Positions 28,475 to 37,987 of a stretch of DNA of 64,000 nucleotides are shown here, piece after piece. The notes below the pieces were generated by a model. It did not search any database and had not been told where the DNA came from. It saw only the letters and a list, made by a program, of their open reading frames with translations. The position numbers and the translations under genes are program-made. The stretch is taken from contig CAXXVS010000002.1 in the NCBI GenBank assembly GCA_963674755.2, positions 2,272,001 through 2,336,000 on the forward strand, given 5' to 3'. The DNA comes from Desulfobacterales bacterium. Its GTDB lineage: Bacteria; Desulfobacterota; Desulfobacteria; Desulfobacterales; UBA5852. The first letter of the stretch is position 1. The number at the start of each line of letters is the position of its first letter.

Positions 28475-29722
28475 CTATGATGATTTTTCGGCATATACCG
28501 GATAATCGCTGCAAAGCTGCCGCACTTCACTTCTGATCTGCAACCCGAGATCCTGGTCATCGGGAGAAGCCAATAGGCGGTCCATCCAATCCGCTATCCG
28601 AGCGATGACATCCGATCCCATTCCGCGCGTCGTCACGCCGGCGGTGCCGATACGAATCCCGCTGGCCGCCCCGGCCTTGCCGGTATCCCCTGGAACCACG
28701 TTGCGGTTGAGCACAAGGCCAGCGGCTTCGAGGCTTTGCTCCGCCTTTGCGCCGGACAGGCCCCGGTCCGTAAGATCCACCACCACTTGATGGTTGTCCG
28801 TCCCGCCGGTCACCAGCCGGTAATGGCAAGCCGCCAGATGGCCGGCCAATAATTGAGCGTTTTCAATCGTTTGCTGCTGAATGCGTCTAAAGGCCGGCGA
28901 CAGGGCGAGGTTGAAAATCAGAGCCTTGGCGGCAATCATGTTGACGGCACTGGTCCCCTGGGTGCCGGGGAACACCGCCCGGTCGATCTGGCGCGCATAG
29001 TCTTCCCGGGCCAGGACAACGCCTCCCCGCCCGCCCATCAGAGTCTTATAGCAGGTGAAAGTTACGAAATCGCAGTGGGGCACAGGGCTCGGGATGACGC
29101 CCGCCGCCACCAGGCCGGCCAGGTGGGCCATGTCGGCCAAAAAATAGGCGCCCACCGCCTGGGCGATGGCACTGATCCGTTCGTAATCGATCAGACGGGG
29201 ATAGGAGCTCGCTCCGGCCACAATCATTTTGGGACGGAAGGACCGCGCCATGGCATCCAGTTGATCGTAGTCGATGCGTTCGGTCCCGGGATCCAGGGTA
29301 TAATGGCGGAAATCGAAGCATTTGCTGGTAATGGAGGCCTTGTGTCCGTGGGAAAGATGCCCGCCGTGGGGAAGGCTCATGGCCAGAATGCGATCGCCCG
29401 GATTCAGTACGCTGAAATAGACGGCCAGGTTGGCGGATGTCCCGCTATGGGGCTGGACGTTGGCGTATTCGGCACCAAAGAGCGCTCGGGCACGCTGGAT
29501 CGCCAGCCGCTCGACATCGTCGACATGCGCGCAGCCGGCATGGAAACGGCGCCCCGGATAGCCTTCGATGGTCTTGGTGTTCAGCACCGATCCCATAATT
29601 TCCATCACCGCCCGGGGCGTGTGGTTCTCGGCGGCGATCAAATTGAGGGTGGTCTCGATTCGCGTTTCCTCATCGGACACAAGTCGGGCAAGTTCAGGAT
29701 CTGCCGTTCTCAGGTTCTCCAT
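28475..29722 (-). CDS. Serine hydroxymethyltransferase family enzyme, atypical (2-methylserine hydroxymethyltransferase-like)
   Basis: SHMT motifs (EGYPG, NVQPHSG, GGHLSHG, DMAH.AGL, GGTDNH) but KTIEGYPGRRFH and TFTCYKTLMGGRGG replace canonical KYAEGYPGKRYY and TTTTHKTLRGPRGG; start set at MENL. Confidence 0.88.
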   Translation of the reverse strand: MENLRTADPELARLVSDEETRIETTLNLIAAENHTPRAVMEIMGSVLNTKTIEGYPGRRFHAGCAHVDDVERLAIQRARALFGAEYANVQPHSGTSANLAVYFSVLNPGDRILAMSLPHGGHLSHGHKASITSKCFDFRHYTLDPGTERIDYDQLDAMARSFRPKMIVAGASSYPRLIDYERISAIAQAVGAYFLADMAHLAGLVAAGVIPSPVPHCDFVTFTCYKTLMGGRGGVVLAREDYARQIDRAVFPGTQGTSAVNMIAAKALIFNLALSPAFRRIQQQTIENAQLLAGHLAACHYRLVTGGTDNHQVVVDLTDRGLSGAKAEQSLEAAGLVLNRNVVPGDTGKAGAASGIRIGTAGVTTRGMGSDVIARIADWMDRLLASPDDQDLGLQIRSEVRQLCSDYPVYAEKSS

Positions 29723-29844
29723 GTTCGGATCTTTCCCTCCATCGGCATCAATAGATGCCACGCTGTTTTGACAAGCACCGTATTGGCAATGATCTTCGGG
29801 ACCGCGGCGGCGCGTCAAAGACAAGTTAAAGGTGAGGCAAATAA

Positions 29845-29859
29845 ACAATAAGCGTGCCA
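29845..29859 (-). promoter_or_regulatory. Sigma54 (-24/-12) promoter of the SHMT-like operon
   Basis: TGGCACG-CTTA-TTGT versus consensus TGGCACG-N4-TTGC; divergent enhancer-binding protein adjacent. Confidence 0.7.
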
Positions 29860-30259
29860 TGTAGGTCGAAATCAAGTGTCCAACCGGACCAAGGACGGTG
29901 CTCATCGAAAATTAACAATTGTATTTCAGAAGGTTATCCTTAGTCGCCAACGTGGTTACGCCGACCGGCCTTTAGACCAAGTCACGCCTGCGGTTTTCTC
30001 AGTTTTAAAAAACCGTTTCGGCTTCATCGGGTGGTCTCCGATCCCAACCGCCCTTCAATTCTTGGTTTCTCATTTTCTATAAACCTGCCGCAGCCAAATT
30101 TCTCATTATCGATAATTAATGAATGGTTTTGACCGGTATTGACCCCGGTCGAAAGTTTTTATATGTAGCATTTTTCATTTTTTAGAAACAATGCGGTTGC
30201 CGCTCTAATCGGGATTGCGAACACGACCAGCAGACGGGATGGGGAGAGCCGGTTTCCTG

Positions 30260-32020
30260 ATGGAAGACCTCAAACAAATTCGGCATACGGTTCAGCATGT
30301 CGTTTCCGCCATCGCGGCGGCGCTCGGCGTCGATGTGGCCATTGTCGATCGCAACTTTGAAATCGTGGCCACCAGCCGGACCTTTCTGGAAACACGCGGA
30401 ACCGATATCAACCGGAATTTCATTCGCGGGGTCTATCGCAAAGGGGCTGAAGTTGTTACCAACCCCGGCTTTCACCGCTTGTGCGCCGGTTGCCGCTATG
30501 AAGGCAATTGTCCCGAAACCGCGGAGGTCATTCGAACGATTTTCTATAATGACCAATGGCTCGGGGTCATCCTGATGGTGGCTTACACCCAAACGCAGAA
30601 GGAAAAGATCCTGGGCAACACCAGCGAACTCCTATCGTTCCTGGGGGAAATGGCCAACCTGATCAGCGATGAGATACGCCTGCAGGAAAGCCTTAAAAAA
30701 GAGAAACTGACCAAACGGCAACTGGAAACCGCCATCGATTTCATCGACAGCGGCATCGTGGCCTTGAATCGCCACGGGGTCATTACGCAAATCAACCGCC
30801 ATGCCTGCAAACTCCTGCAAGTATTGCCCGAACACGCCGTCGGCCAGGATATCAGCGTGTTTTTGCCGGACGACATCCTCAAACCGGTCTTGCAGGACGG
30901 CGGAATGATTCCGCCCCAGGAACTCAAGGTCCAAACCCCGCAGAAACTGCACTGTTATCTATCCGTCAATCCCGTGAACCTGGACGGTCAGGTCCAGGGC
31001 GCGATCATCTGCATCAGCGACATGAGCGAGCTGCGTTCAACCGTATATGAATTTTCGGCCCGCAATATCGAAACCACCTTTGAAGACATCCACGGCATCA
31101 GCGATACCATCAGGCAGCTGAAAGTGGACGCCCAAAGGATCGCCGCCAACGATTCAACCATTCTGATCTTGGGGGAGAGCGGTACCGGCAAGGAATTGTT
31201 CGCCCGCGCCATTCACGCCAGCAGCAAACGCCGGGGGCAGCCGTTTATCGCCGTCAACTGCGGCGCCATTCCTGAAAACCTTTTGGAAAGCGAACTGTTC
31301 GGTTATGACGAGGGGGCCTTTTCCGGAGCGCGCAAAGGGGGCAAACCCGGCAAATTCGAGATGGCCGGAGACGGGACCCTGTTTTTGGACGAGATTGCCG
31401 AACTGCCCATTCACATGCAGGTCAAGCTGCTGCGTGTGCTCCAGGACGGCCGGATCGAACGCGTCGGCAGCATAACGTCCACCCCGGTCAACGTCCGCAT
31501 CATCGCCGCCACCAACCGGGATCTTGAAGCCCTGGTCAAAACCGGCAACTTTCGCAACGACCTCTTTTACCGGCTCAACGTCGTGCCGTTCGTTATTCCG
31601 CCGCTTCGAAGCCGAAGCGAAGACATCCCCGGCCTGGCGCGCTTCTTTAAAGACAAATACAATGAAAAAATGAACAAAGCACTGGTTGACTTCACCCCCC
31701 AAGCCATGGCTATCATGATCGCCTATCGCTGGCCCGGCAACGTGCGGGAAGTGCAAAACGCGGTGGAGTATGCCGTGAATTTCGAAGCCGGCAACCATAT
31801 TCGCCCCGAATCCCTGCCAAAGGGTATCGTGCAGAACAGTGTCGGCGGAGCCGGCGGCAAATTCCTGGCCAACAAGCTTCGCGTCTACGAGCAATCCCTG
31901 ATCGACGATGCCATCCTGCGCTTCGGCAATTCGGTGGAAGGCAAAAAACAGGCGGCTCGGGAGTTGGGCATCAGTCTGCCGACCCTCTATCGTAAAAGGA
32001 AGGAGTGGGGCTCCGAATGA
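30260..32020 (+). CDS. Sigma54-dependent transcriptional activator (PAS + AAA+ + Fis HTH)
   Basis: [44 protein letters not shown]. Confidence 0.95.
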   Translation: MEDLKQIRHTVQHVVSAIAAALGVDVAIVDRNFEIVATSRTFLETRGTDINRNFIRGVYRKGAEVVTNPGFHRLCAGCRYEGNCPETAEVIRTIFYNDQWLGVILMVAYTQTQKEKILGNTSELLSFLGEMANLISDEIRLQESLKKEKLTKRQLETAIDFIDSGIVALNRHGVITQINRHACKLLQVLPEHAVGQDISVFLPDDILKPVLQDGGMIPPQELKVQTPQKLHCYLSVNPVNLDGQVQGAIICISDMSELRSTVYEFSARNIETTFEDIHGISDTIRQLKVDAQRIAANDSTILILGESGTGKELFARAIHASSKRRGQPFIAVNCGAIPENLLESELFGYDEGAFSGARKGGKPGKFEMAGDGTLFLDEIAELPIHMQVKLLRVLQDGRIERVGSITSTPVNVRIIAATNRDLEALVKTGNFRNDLFYRLNVVPFVIPPLRSRSEDIPGLARFFKDKYNEKMNKALVDFTPQAMAIMIAYRWPGNVREVQNAVEYAVNFEAGNHIRPESLPKGIVQNSVGGAGGKFLANKLRVYEQSLIDDAILRFGNSVEGKKQAARELGISLPTLYRKRKEWGSE

Positions 32021-32228
32021 ATTGTCCCGCCGCGAAGCAGCGGCGTATCGATAAAGGCAATGCAACGCCACAAGCGGCGGGGAATTAACCACCCCTTGTC
32101 CGCCTTTGGCGGATTAAAAAAACCGTAAAGCGAACGGCCATCGCCGTCCGTCGGCGACCGTTCCCCGGGAAGCCCTGCGGGGTAGGGAAACGTACAGGAC
32201 AACCACCAACCAGATAAGGGGTTGAAAC

Positions 32229-33467
32229 ATGGACTCGTCTGTCGATGGGGAGAAACATCCGGCATCCGTTGAAGGGCCGGCGGGACAGATGCGGGACCAC
32301 CGGAAGTCGCATCCGACACAGGTGCTGATCGATCTGGACAACCTTGCGCACAATATGCGCCTATTGGAGCGTCTGGCCGGTGGCCGCCCTCTGTGGCCGG
32401 CCATCAAAGCCAATGCTTACGGCCACGGCGCACTCATCATCGGCCGCCACCTGGCAAGTTTAGGGTATGGCACCCTTTGTGTGGCCCACAGTTCGGAGGC
32501 GGTGCACCTGTTGGCGCACGGCCTGCAAGCCCGATTTATCGTTCTGTCCCCCGGCCTGCCGGAAAACATGGCCGAAATCGTGGCCTATGGCCTGGAGCCC
32601 TTTGTCTGCGATCTAGCGCAGGTTGCCGCGCTATCCGTGGCGGCCCGGCGCACCAACCGGATCATCGATGTCCACCTGAAAGTGGACACCGGCATGGGCC
32701 GGGTCGGCATCCCGCCCGGAGCGGTGGCCTCTTTCCTGGCCGCCTGCGAAGCACACCCTCTGGTTCGCGTAAAGGGTATCGCCAGCCACTTTCCAAAGGC
32801 GGACGAGACCGACAAGGCGTTTTCCCGTCACCAGATCGACCTCTTTCAAACCGTACGCGATGCCGCCGGTGCCTTTGCCGTCCCCTATTTCCATATGGCC
32901 AACAGCGCCGGCATTTTCGACCTGCCGGAAGCGCATTTCAACGCTGTTCGCCCCGGCATTGCCATTTACGGCCTCAAACCCTCGGCGGACATCGTCAATG
33001 AGCAGGTCAACGAACTCAAGCCCGTATTGACCCTCAAGACCCGCATCACCTTTCTCAAGGACGTTGCCGCGGGTACCGGTCTTAGCTATGGCCACCGCTA
33101 TGTGGCCCCCGGCCGCTCCCATATCGCCACGATTCCCCTGGGATACGGCGACGGCCTGAGCCGGGGTCTTTCGAACCGGCTCGAGGTCCTGATCCAGGGA
33201 CAGCGCTGCCACCAGGTCGGGCGCATCTGCATGGATCAATGCCTCGTGGACGCCACCCCGCTCAGGGGCCAGGTCGCCCCTGGGGATGAGGTTGTGGTCA
33301 TCGGAAACCAGGGGAACGAAACCATCCGCGCGGACGAACTGGCCGCCAAAATCGATACCATTAACTATGAAATTGTCACGCAGTTGGCCGATCGCCTGCC
33401 CCGCATCGCCGTCACGGCACTTCCACACCGGCCGGCGTCAGGCCCACCCGGTTCTCTTCCGTCTTGA
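32229..33467 (+). CDS. alr: Alanine racemase
   Basis: IKANAYGHG, HLKVDTGMGRVG, HMANSAG, VRPGIAIYG, SYG, GYGDG, GRICMDQ, TINYEIV; start may be 32289. Confidence 0.95.
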   Translation: MDSSVDGEKHPASVEGPAGQMRDHRKSHPTQVLIDLDNLAHNMRLLERLAGGRPLWPAIKANAYGHGALIIGRHLASLGYGTLCVAHSSEAVHLLAHGLQARFIVLSPGLPENMAEIVAYGLEPFVCDLAQVAALSVAARRTNRIIDVHLKVDTGMGRVGIPPGAVASFLAACEAHPLVRVKGIASHFPKADETDKAFSRHQIDLFQTVRDAAGAFAVPYFHMANSAGIFDLPEAHFNAVRPGIAIYGLKPSADIVNEQVNELKPVLTLKTRITFLKDVAAGTGLSYGHRYVAPGRSHIATIPLGYGDGLSRGLSNRLEVLIQGQRCHQVGRICMDQCLVDATPLRGQVAPGDEVVVIGNQGNETIRADELAAKIDTINYEIVTQLADRLPRIAVTALPHRPASGPPGSLPS

Positions 33468-33492
33468 TCTCCTTCAATATGCCGACGATCAT
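33412..33492 (-). pseudogene. ald: Truncated second copy of the ald 5' end
   Basis: MIVGILKEIKTEENRVGLTPAGVEVP* with RBS GGAGG; about 90% nucleotide identity by eye to 25671-25745. Confidence 0.85.
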
Positions 33493-33901
33493 GGAACACC
33501 TCCTCAAAAAGAAAACGCCCGCCGCAAGGCAGCGGGCTATCTGAAAAAAGCAACGTCTTAGGAGGCCGGCAAGTGAGCCTCCTCCCGCTTAGCGGAAGGC
33601 CTCAGGAAGCCCCCTCGAAGGGGGCTTGAAAATAGTTTTTGCGGTTTTGGTTTTGAATTTCCCTTTGTCCCGCGCCGAGCATCCCGTCTGCGGGCGGAAA
33701 AGACGCGGCGACCTGCTTGTCCGCCGAAGGCTTGCCGCAGACGGGTTTGAGTCCGCCGTAGCTAAAGCGAAGGCGGGGCGCGCAGGGTTAAGCGGGACAC
33801 GGGCGTTTGAAGCCTGTCACGCCGGGGCGTGATTGCTTCCGTTTTCTTGCACGTGCAAGAAAATGAAGAAAACAATTGATGTAAAGCCACCCCGGATCGG
33901 T

Positions 33902-33945
33902 AAAACCTCTCCGGGGCCTCCACCAGAGGCGGAGGGCCCGGGGGT
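33902..33945 (-). terminator. Rho-independent terminator after the nucleotidase gene
   Basis: GC-rich hairpin CCGGGCCCTCC...GGAGGCCCCGG followed by a short T-run on the minus strand. Confidence 0.6.
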
Positions 33946-33955
33946 TAAAATAATG

Positions 33956-36247
33956 TCAATCGTCAACCACCAATTCGATCCGTCCCTCAACAGCGCCGCC
34001 CGGCCCGTAAATACCATAAGGGATACCCGTACTTGTGGGAGCACCACCTTCATATGCCGGGAAAGCCCTATTCAGGTAACTCAAAAGAGCCATCCATTCC
34101 TTTAGTTCCTCTACCTCCTCTGTAGCAGGATTCCTATCGATCCTGAAAGGCAAGTAATCTATAATCGGTTCTCCACTCTCGTCTTTGGGAATTATCGAAA
34201 GACCAGAAGGGCCAATAAAATCATTTACCACATACAACAACTGGAAAGCATAAAGGTCGACGACCGCATGATATAATCTGGTTGTATCCGGATCTACCGG
34301 AGTTGTCGGCCCCAAACAGAATAGGTCATCGGGGGCATAAAGGCTTACGCTCTGTACACCCTGCAGATAAGGTGCAGCTGGGTTGTATTCGATTTTGGCG
34401 CCCGAGAAATTCAGGTAATAGCTCGATCCGAATTGCTGGGAAACCGTGAGACCGACTTCCGCAATGATATAAAGCTCCTGTGCCGTAAAATAGGCGTGCA
34501 TCAACGGATAACCGGGAACGGGCTGAGTCGTGTCGGGAGAAATCCCCAACGGCAGACAATTGTAGACATCTGAAAATGTGACGATCCCTGTATTGCCCTC
34601 AAAAATTTCATCCCGGATAACACCGGTCGGCACGATCCCCACGTCGACCGGGGTCCGGTCCAATCCTCCGTTGGCGGCCAGTTCGTTCGCAACGTTCCGG
34701 ACGGAATCCGCGCAAAGACTGCCAAGACCGCTCACGCCGGTTGCCTGGTAAGCCCCCATATCCAGATCAAAGTCGGTTCTTGAAACAGGATCGGCCAGTC
34801 GGGGCATCCCCGCGTCAGAAAGTGATGCATTGATCCCGGCATTGTACTTATCGACCATGAGCTGTATGTCCGGATCGCCAGGGACCGTATCGTCTACAGG
34901 CACAAGGTGAAAATCAAACCCGACAATACGCCCGAGCTTTTTACTATAGGTAAAATCAAGATGGCTTACCCATTCCCCGTATTCTCCCGGGGAAAAGATG
35001 ATCGTACTGGAGCCGCCTTTTACGTAAGCGTCATGTGTTGCGGTATGCGCATGGCCGGATGCAATGATATCGATCCCGCTAACATGTTCGGCAAGTTCGA
35101 TATCTTCACCCGCGCCTCTTGAATTGACGCCCGTGTGGGATAATGCAACCACAACGTCGACCCCGTCATGGTTCCTAAGATCATCAACGCCTGCCTGGAT
35201 AAACGCATAGTCATGATTAAATGTGATGGGTTTGGCCACAGGAGCATCCTCATCGGCATTTTCCCCCATCAAGCCCAGGAGGCCCACCTTGACCCCATTT
35301 TCAAGTTCAATGACTTTTTTGGTAACGATGGTGCCGGTTGTCATGAGATATTCGATCCCATCATCGCCGGTCCCGATTACATCATCCGGTATGGTATTAC
35401 TGGCCACGATCGGTATGTCGAAATCATCTTCCAGCCCTGCACTCAGAAGCATATAAAGACCGGCCGGTGTCCAGTCGAATTCATGGTTGCCCAGGGTTAT
35501 GGCATCATATTCCATGAGCGAGAAAAATTTTAATGCGATGGGATCACTGGCGGTCAGATCATACGTGGTCCCCATAAAGTAATCCCCTGAATCCACCAGT
35601 AGTGTTGGGATGCAAGCCTTGGCCTGTTGATGCCGGATGTCTTCTATGACGGTTGCTATCCGCGCAAACCCGCCGGTAACATCGTCATCTCCCAGGCTAT
35701 CCGGGGAATAATCGATAAAGGGCCCATACCCGCTCGCATGATGGTGTACATCGGATGTTTGAAGAAGCGTGGATGTTACCCCTTTGGCCCTTACCGCTAC
35801 GGTATCGGAACCAACGAATTCAGCGCCATTGACAGATCCGCTTACGGTCAATTCTTCTAATCCGGTAAACATGCGGGATTGCAATTCCCGCCGGTTGAAT
35901 CTGACCTTCAGGTCCGGCTTGCCATCCTTGTCATGGTCGCCGATTTTGGTTTTGGATTCAGCCGATATATCGTATCCATTTACGCTTAAAACGACACTCC
36001 CCACGTCGATTTGCCGGACATTGTATGGACATCTCTTCGGAAATTCGATGTAGACCGTGGTCCATTTCCCCTTGCTTTGAAGATTAAATGTATTTGGATT
36101 TACATCAATGACGGCATCGAGGATGGCATCAGGGGGAGGCGGGTCGGCAGCAAGAGCTGACGAGGGAAGTACCACTAGCATTACAGCGGCCCATAAGAGC
36201 AACATCTTTATCCGGCCAGAACCCACTTCTACGCACTTCCCTGTCAT
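33956..36247 (-). CDS. Secreted 5'-nucleotidase / UDP-sugar hydrolase family metallophosphoesterase with extra N-terminal domain
   Basis: Signal peptide; TSDVH, DSGD, LGNHEFD, LSHTG, SGHAH; RBS GGAGG before 36247. Confidence 0.9.
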   Translation of the reverse strand: MTGKCVEVGSGRIKMLLLWAAVMLVVLPSSALAADPPPPDAILDAVIDVNPNTFNLQSKGKWTTVYIEFPKRCPYNVRQIDVGSVVLSVNGYDISAESKTKIGDHDKDGKPDLKVRFNRRELQSRMFTGLEELTVSGSVNGAEFVGSDTVAVRAKGVTSTLLQTSDVHHHASGYGPFIDYSPDSLGDDDVTGGFARIATVIEDIRHQQAKACIPTLLVDSGDYFMGTTYDLTASDPIALKFFSLMEYDAITLGNHEFDWTPAGLYMLLSAGLEDDFDIPIVASNTIPDDVIGTGDDGIEYLMTTGTIVTKKVIELENGVKVGLLGLMGENADEDAPVAKPITFNHDYAFIQAGVDDLRNHDGVDVVVALSHTGVNSRGAGEDIELAEHVSGIDIIASGHAHTATHDAYVKGGSSTIIFSPGEYGEWVSHLDFTYSKKLGRIVGFDFHLVPVDDTVPGDPDIQLMVDKYNAGINASLSDAGMPRLADPVSRTDFDLDMGAYQATGVSGLGSLCADSVRNVANELAANGGLDRTPVDVGIVPTGVIRDEIFEGNTGIVTFSDVYNCLPLGISPDTTQPVPGYPLMHAYFTAQELYIIAEVGLTVSQQFGSSYYLNFSGAKIEYNPAAPYLQGVQSVSLYAPDDLFCLGPTTPVDPDTTRLYHAVVDLYAFQLLYVVNDFIGPSGLSIIPKDESGEPIIDYLPFRIDRNPATEEVEELKEWMALLSYLNRAFPAYEGGAPTSTGIPYGIYGPGGAVEGRIELVVDD

Positions 36248-36291
36248 GGCAAATCCTCCCCCTTTAAGTTGTGATGGCACTCAATGCATAT

Positions 36292-36341
36292 AAAAAAGCC
36301 GAACTACACCGTCGGTGACCTTGACGATGTCACCCCTCGGC
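36292..36341 (-). terminator. Riboswitch expression-platform terminator
   Basis: GCCGAG...TTCGGC-TTTTTT; the 5' arm overlaps the aptamer 3' end. Confidence 0.6.
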
Positions 36342-36442
36342 AGCCCGGCTATCTTGCCTACCTGTGCGTCAAGTACCCGCGTCGGTCGAAGACCCGTGGT
36401 TTTCCGTCCGCACCTCACGGTGGGGTTGGCTTTGCGAATTGT
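36335..36442 (-). ncRNA. GEMM-I cyclic-dinucleotide riboswitch (c-di-GMP-I family; A20 variant)
   Basis: AGCCAACCCCACC-GUGA-GGUGCGGACGGAAAACCACGGGUCUU...AAGAUAGCCGGGCUGCCG matches GEMM-I architecture; sits 5' of the nucleotidase. Confidence 0.85.
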
Positions 36443-36605
36443 AAATGTATTGTGCGTGTGTCATAGGCATTAGTAATGGAGGGGGAAACGTGTCAAGCAA
36501 ACAATAGGCCTTGGTTGCCGGTAAGGATTGGCTATCTTGCAGAAACCGTCCCTGATCGGCGCATGGGTCACTCCCGCGAGACCTTAGAAGGCGGGGGATT
36601 CGTTA

Positions 36606-37720
36606 TTAACCCGGCAATAATAGTTACCAATTATGCTGCGTAAGCAATCTTAGGATGTTTAAAGTATTTTGCAACGCGCCTTGGCAATTTTTGTAGCATG
36701 CGAAGGTGGCTTAGCGCCTTGCTCTTTAATTGGGATTTTGACCTGGCTGGCGCACCGGAATGAACCCCGGCCTTCAAATCACAGTTCAAATATTCATCTG
36801 GATTCAATTCGGGCGAATACGAGGGCAAAAAGAACAGTTCGATTTTGTCTTTATGCTGATCGATCCAGTCTTTGACAATATGACTATGATGAACTCGCAG
36901 ATTGTCCAAAATCAAAAATACCTTTTTGTCGGCATCTTTTATCAATCGTTTGCAAAATTTGATAAAGGTCTGCGAGTTCATTGTCTGATTGTAGATCATG
37001 AAACGGACTTTACCCTGATTGGTAATCGAAGAGATCAGGTTGACCCTTTCCTTTTTTGCATTGAGCCGTATGGCAGGCGTTTTTCCTCTTGGCGCATAGC
37101 TTCTGCCATGCTGACTGTCGCTGCAAAGCCCGGTCTCATCCCCCCAATTGATCTCAGCGTCTTCTTTCTTGGCCCTGACTGCAATGGCGGGATACTCTTC
37201 GTCAAGCCATTTTTGAACCAATTTTGGGTTCTGTTCATAGGCTCTGCGCAAAGGCTTTTGGGGGGTAAAGCCCCAGCGGTTGAGGTACTCACCTACGGTG
37301 CGAATCGGCATATTGATGGAAAAAAGCTGCGTGATCAACTGCTGGACAGCCCGACGGGTCCAAAGGGCAAATGGGAACTTGAGTTGATCAGGGGTTTTAT
37401 CGGTAATTACCTTTTTCAGCTGCTTTTCCTGCTCTGGATCAAGCGTTCGGCAACTACCGGTTTTGCGCCCCCGTTTCTTTGCCTTAATCGCATTTTGACC
37501 GCCTTTTTCGTAGGCTTTAAATATCTTGCACGCATTAGTGTAGTGAATGCCAACAACCTCACCGATCTCTTTGTAAGTTTTGCCAGCTTTGCGAAGCCTT
37601 ACAACTTGTCGGCGCAGTTGCTCTTGAACCTCTGGTTTAAGCTTTCTGGTGTCTGTTGTTTCCATGCGAAGTACTATACCATACTTCGCAGTATTTTGGT
37701 ATGAATAATCGCCGGGTTAA
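36606..37720 (-). mobile_element. IS630 family insertion sequence, apparently complete
   Basis: Inverted repeats TTAACCCGGCAATAAT / ATAATCGCCGGGTTAA flanked by TA on both sides. Confidence 0.92.
36631..37665 (-). CDS. IS630 family transposase
   Basis: WGDETG, ILDNLRVH, LPSYSPELNPDE. Confidence 0.95.
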   Translation of the reverse strand: METTDTRKLKPEVQEQLRRQVVRLRKAGKTYKEIGEVVGIHYTNACKIFKAYEKGGQNAIKAKKRGRKTGSCRTLDPEQEKQLKKVITDKTPDQLKFPFALWTRRAVQQLITQLFSINMPIRTVGEYLNRWGFTPQKPLRRAYEQNPKLVQKWLDEEYPAIAVRAKKEDAEINWGDETGLCSDSQHGRSYAPRGKTPAIRLNAKKERVNLISSITNQGKVRFMIYNQTMNSQTFIKFCKRLIKDADKKVFLILDNLRVHHSHIVKDWIDQHKDKIELFFLPSYSPELNPDEYLNCDLKAGVHSGAPARSKSQLKSKALSHLRMLQKLPRRVAKYFKHPKIAYAA

Positions 37721-37987
37721 TAACATCAAATCATCTCGATCTATGCCTCGTGGGCCTCATCAGCCTAACCTCAGGAAAATCTTGACAAATTAAAATGCCT
37801 TTGAGTATCTACAAATCGGGTCTACATTCTCGTCATAGCTTTCGGTTCTTGCTCCTCCTCGCTGGCGATGACCGAAGTTTCCCCTGAGCTCACCGCCATC
37901 CATTATCCTCCGCAGCGCCTCCCAAGCGCCATCTGCTGTTCATTCATCTGAAATGATCATCGACGAATTCAAGGAAGGGGGAATAAG

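Noticed and set aside
33495..33830. Hairpin-rich region upstream of the ald remnant as a riboswitch
   Set aside because: No recognisable aptamer consensus; it looks like REP-type palindromes, partly shared with about 23317-23340.
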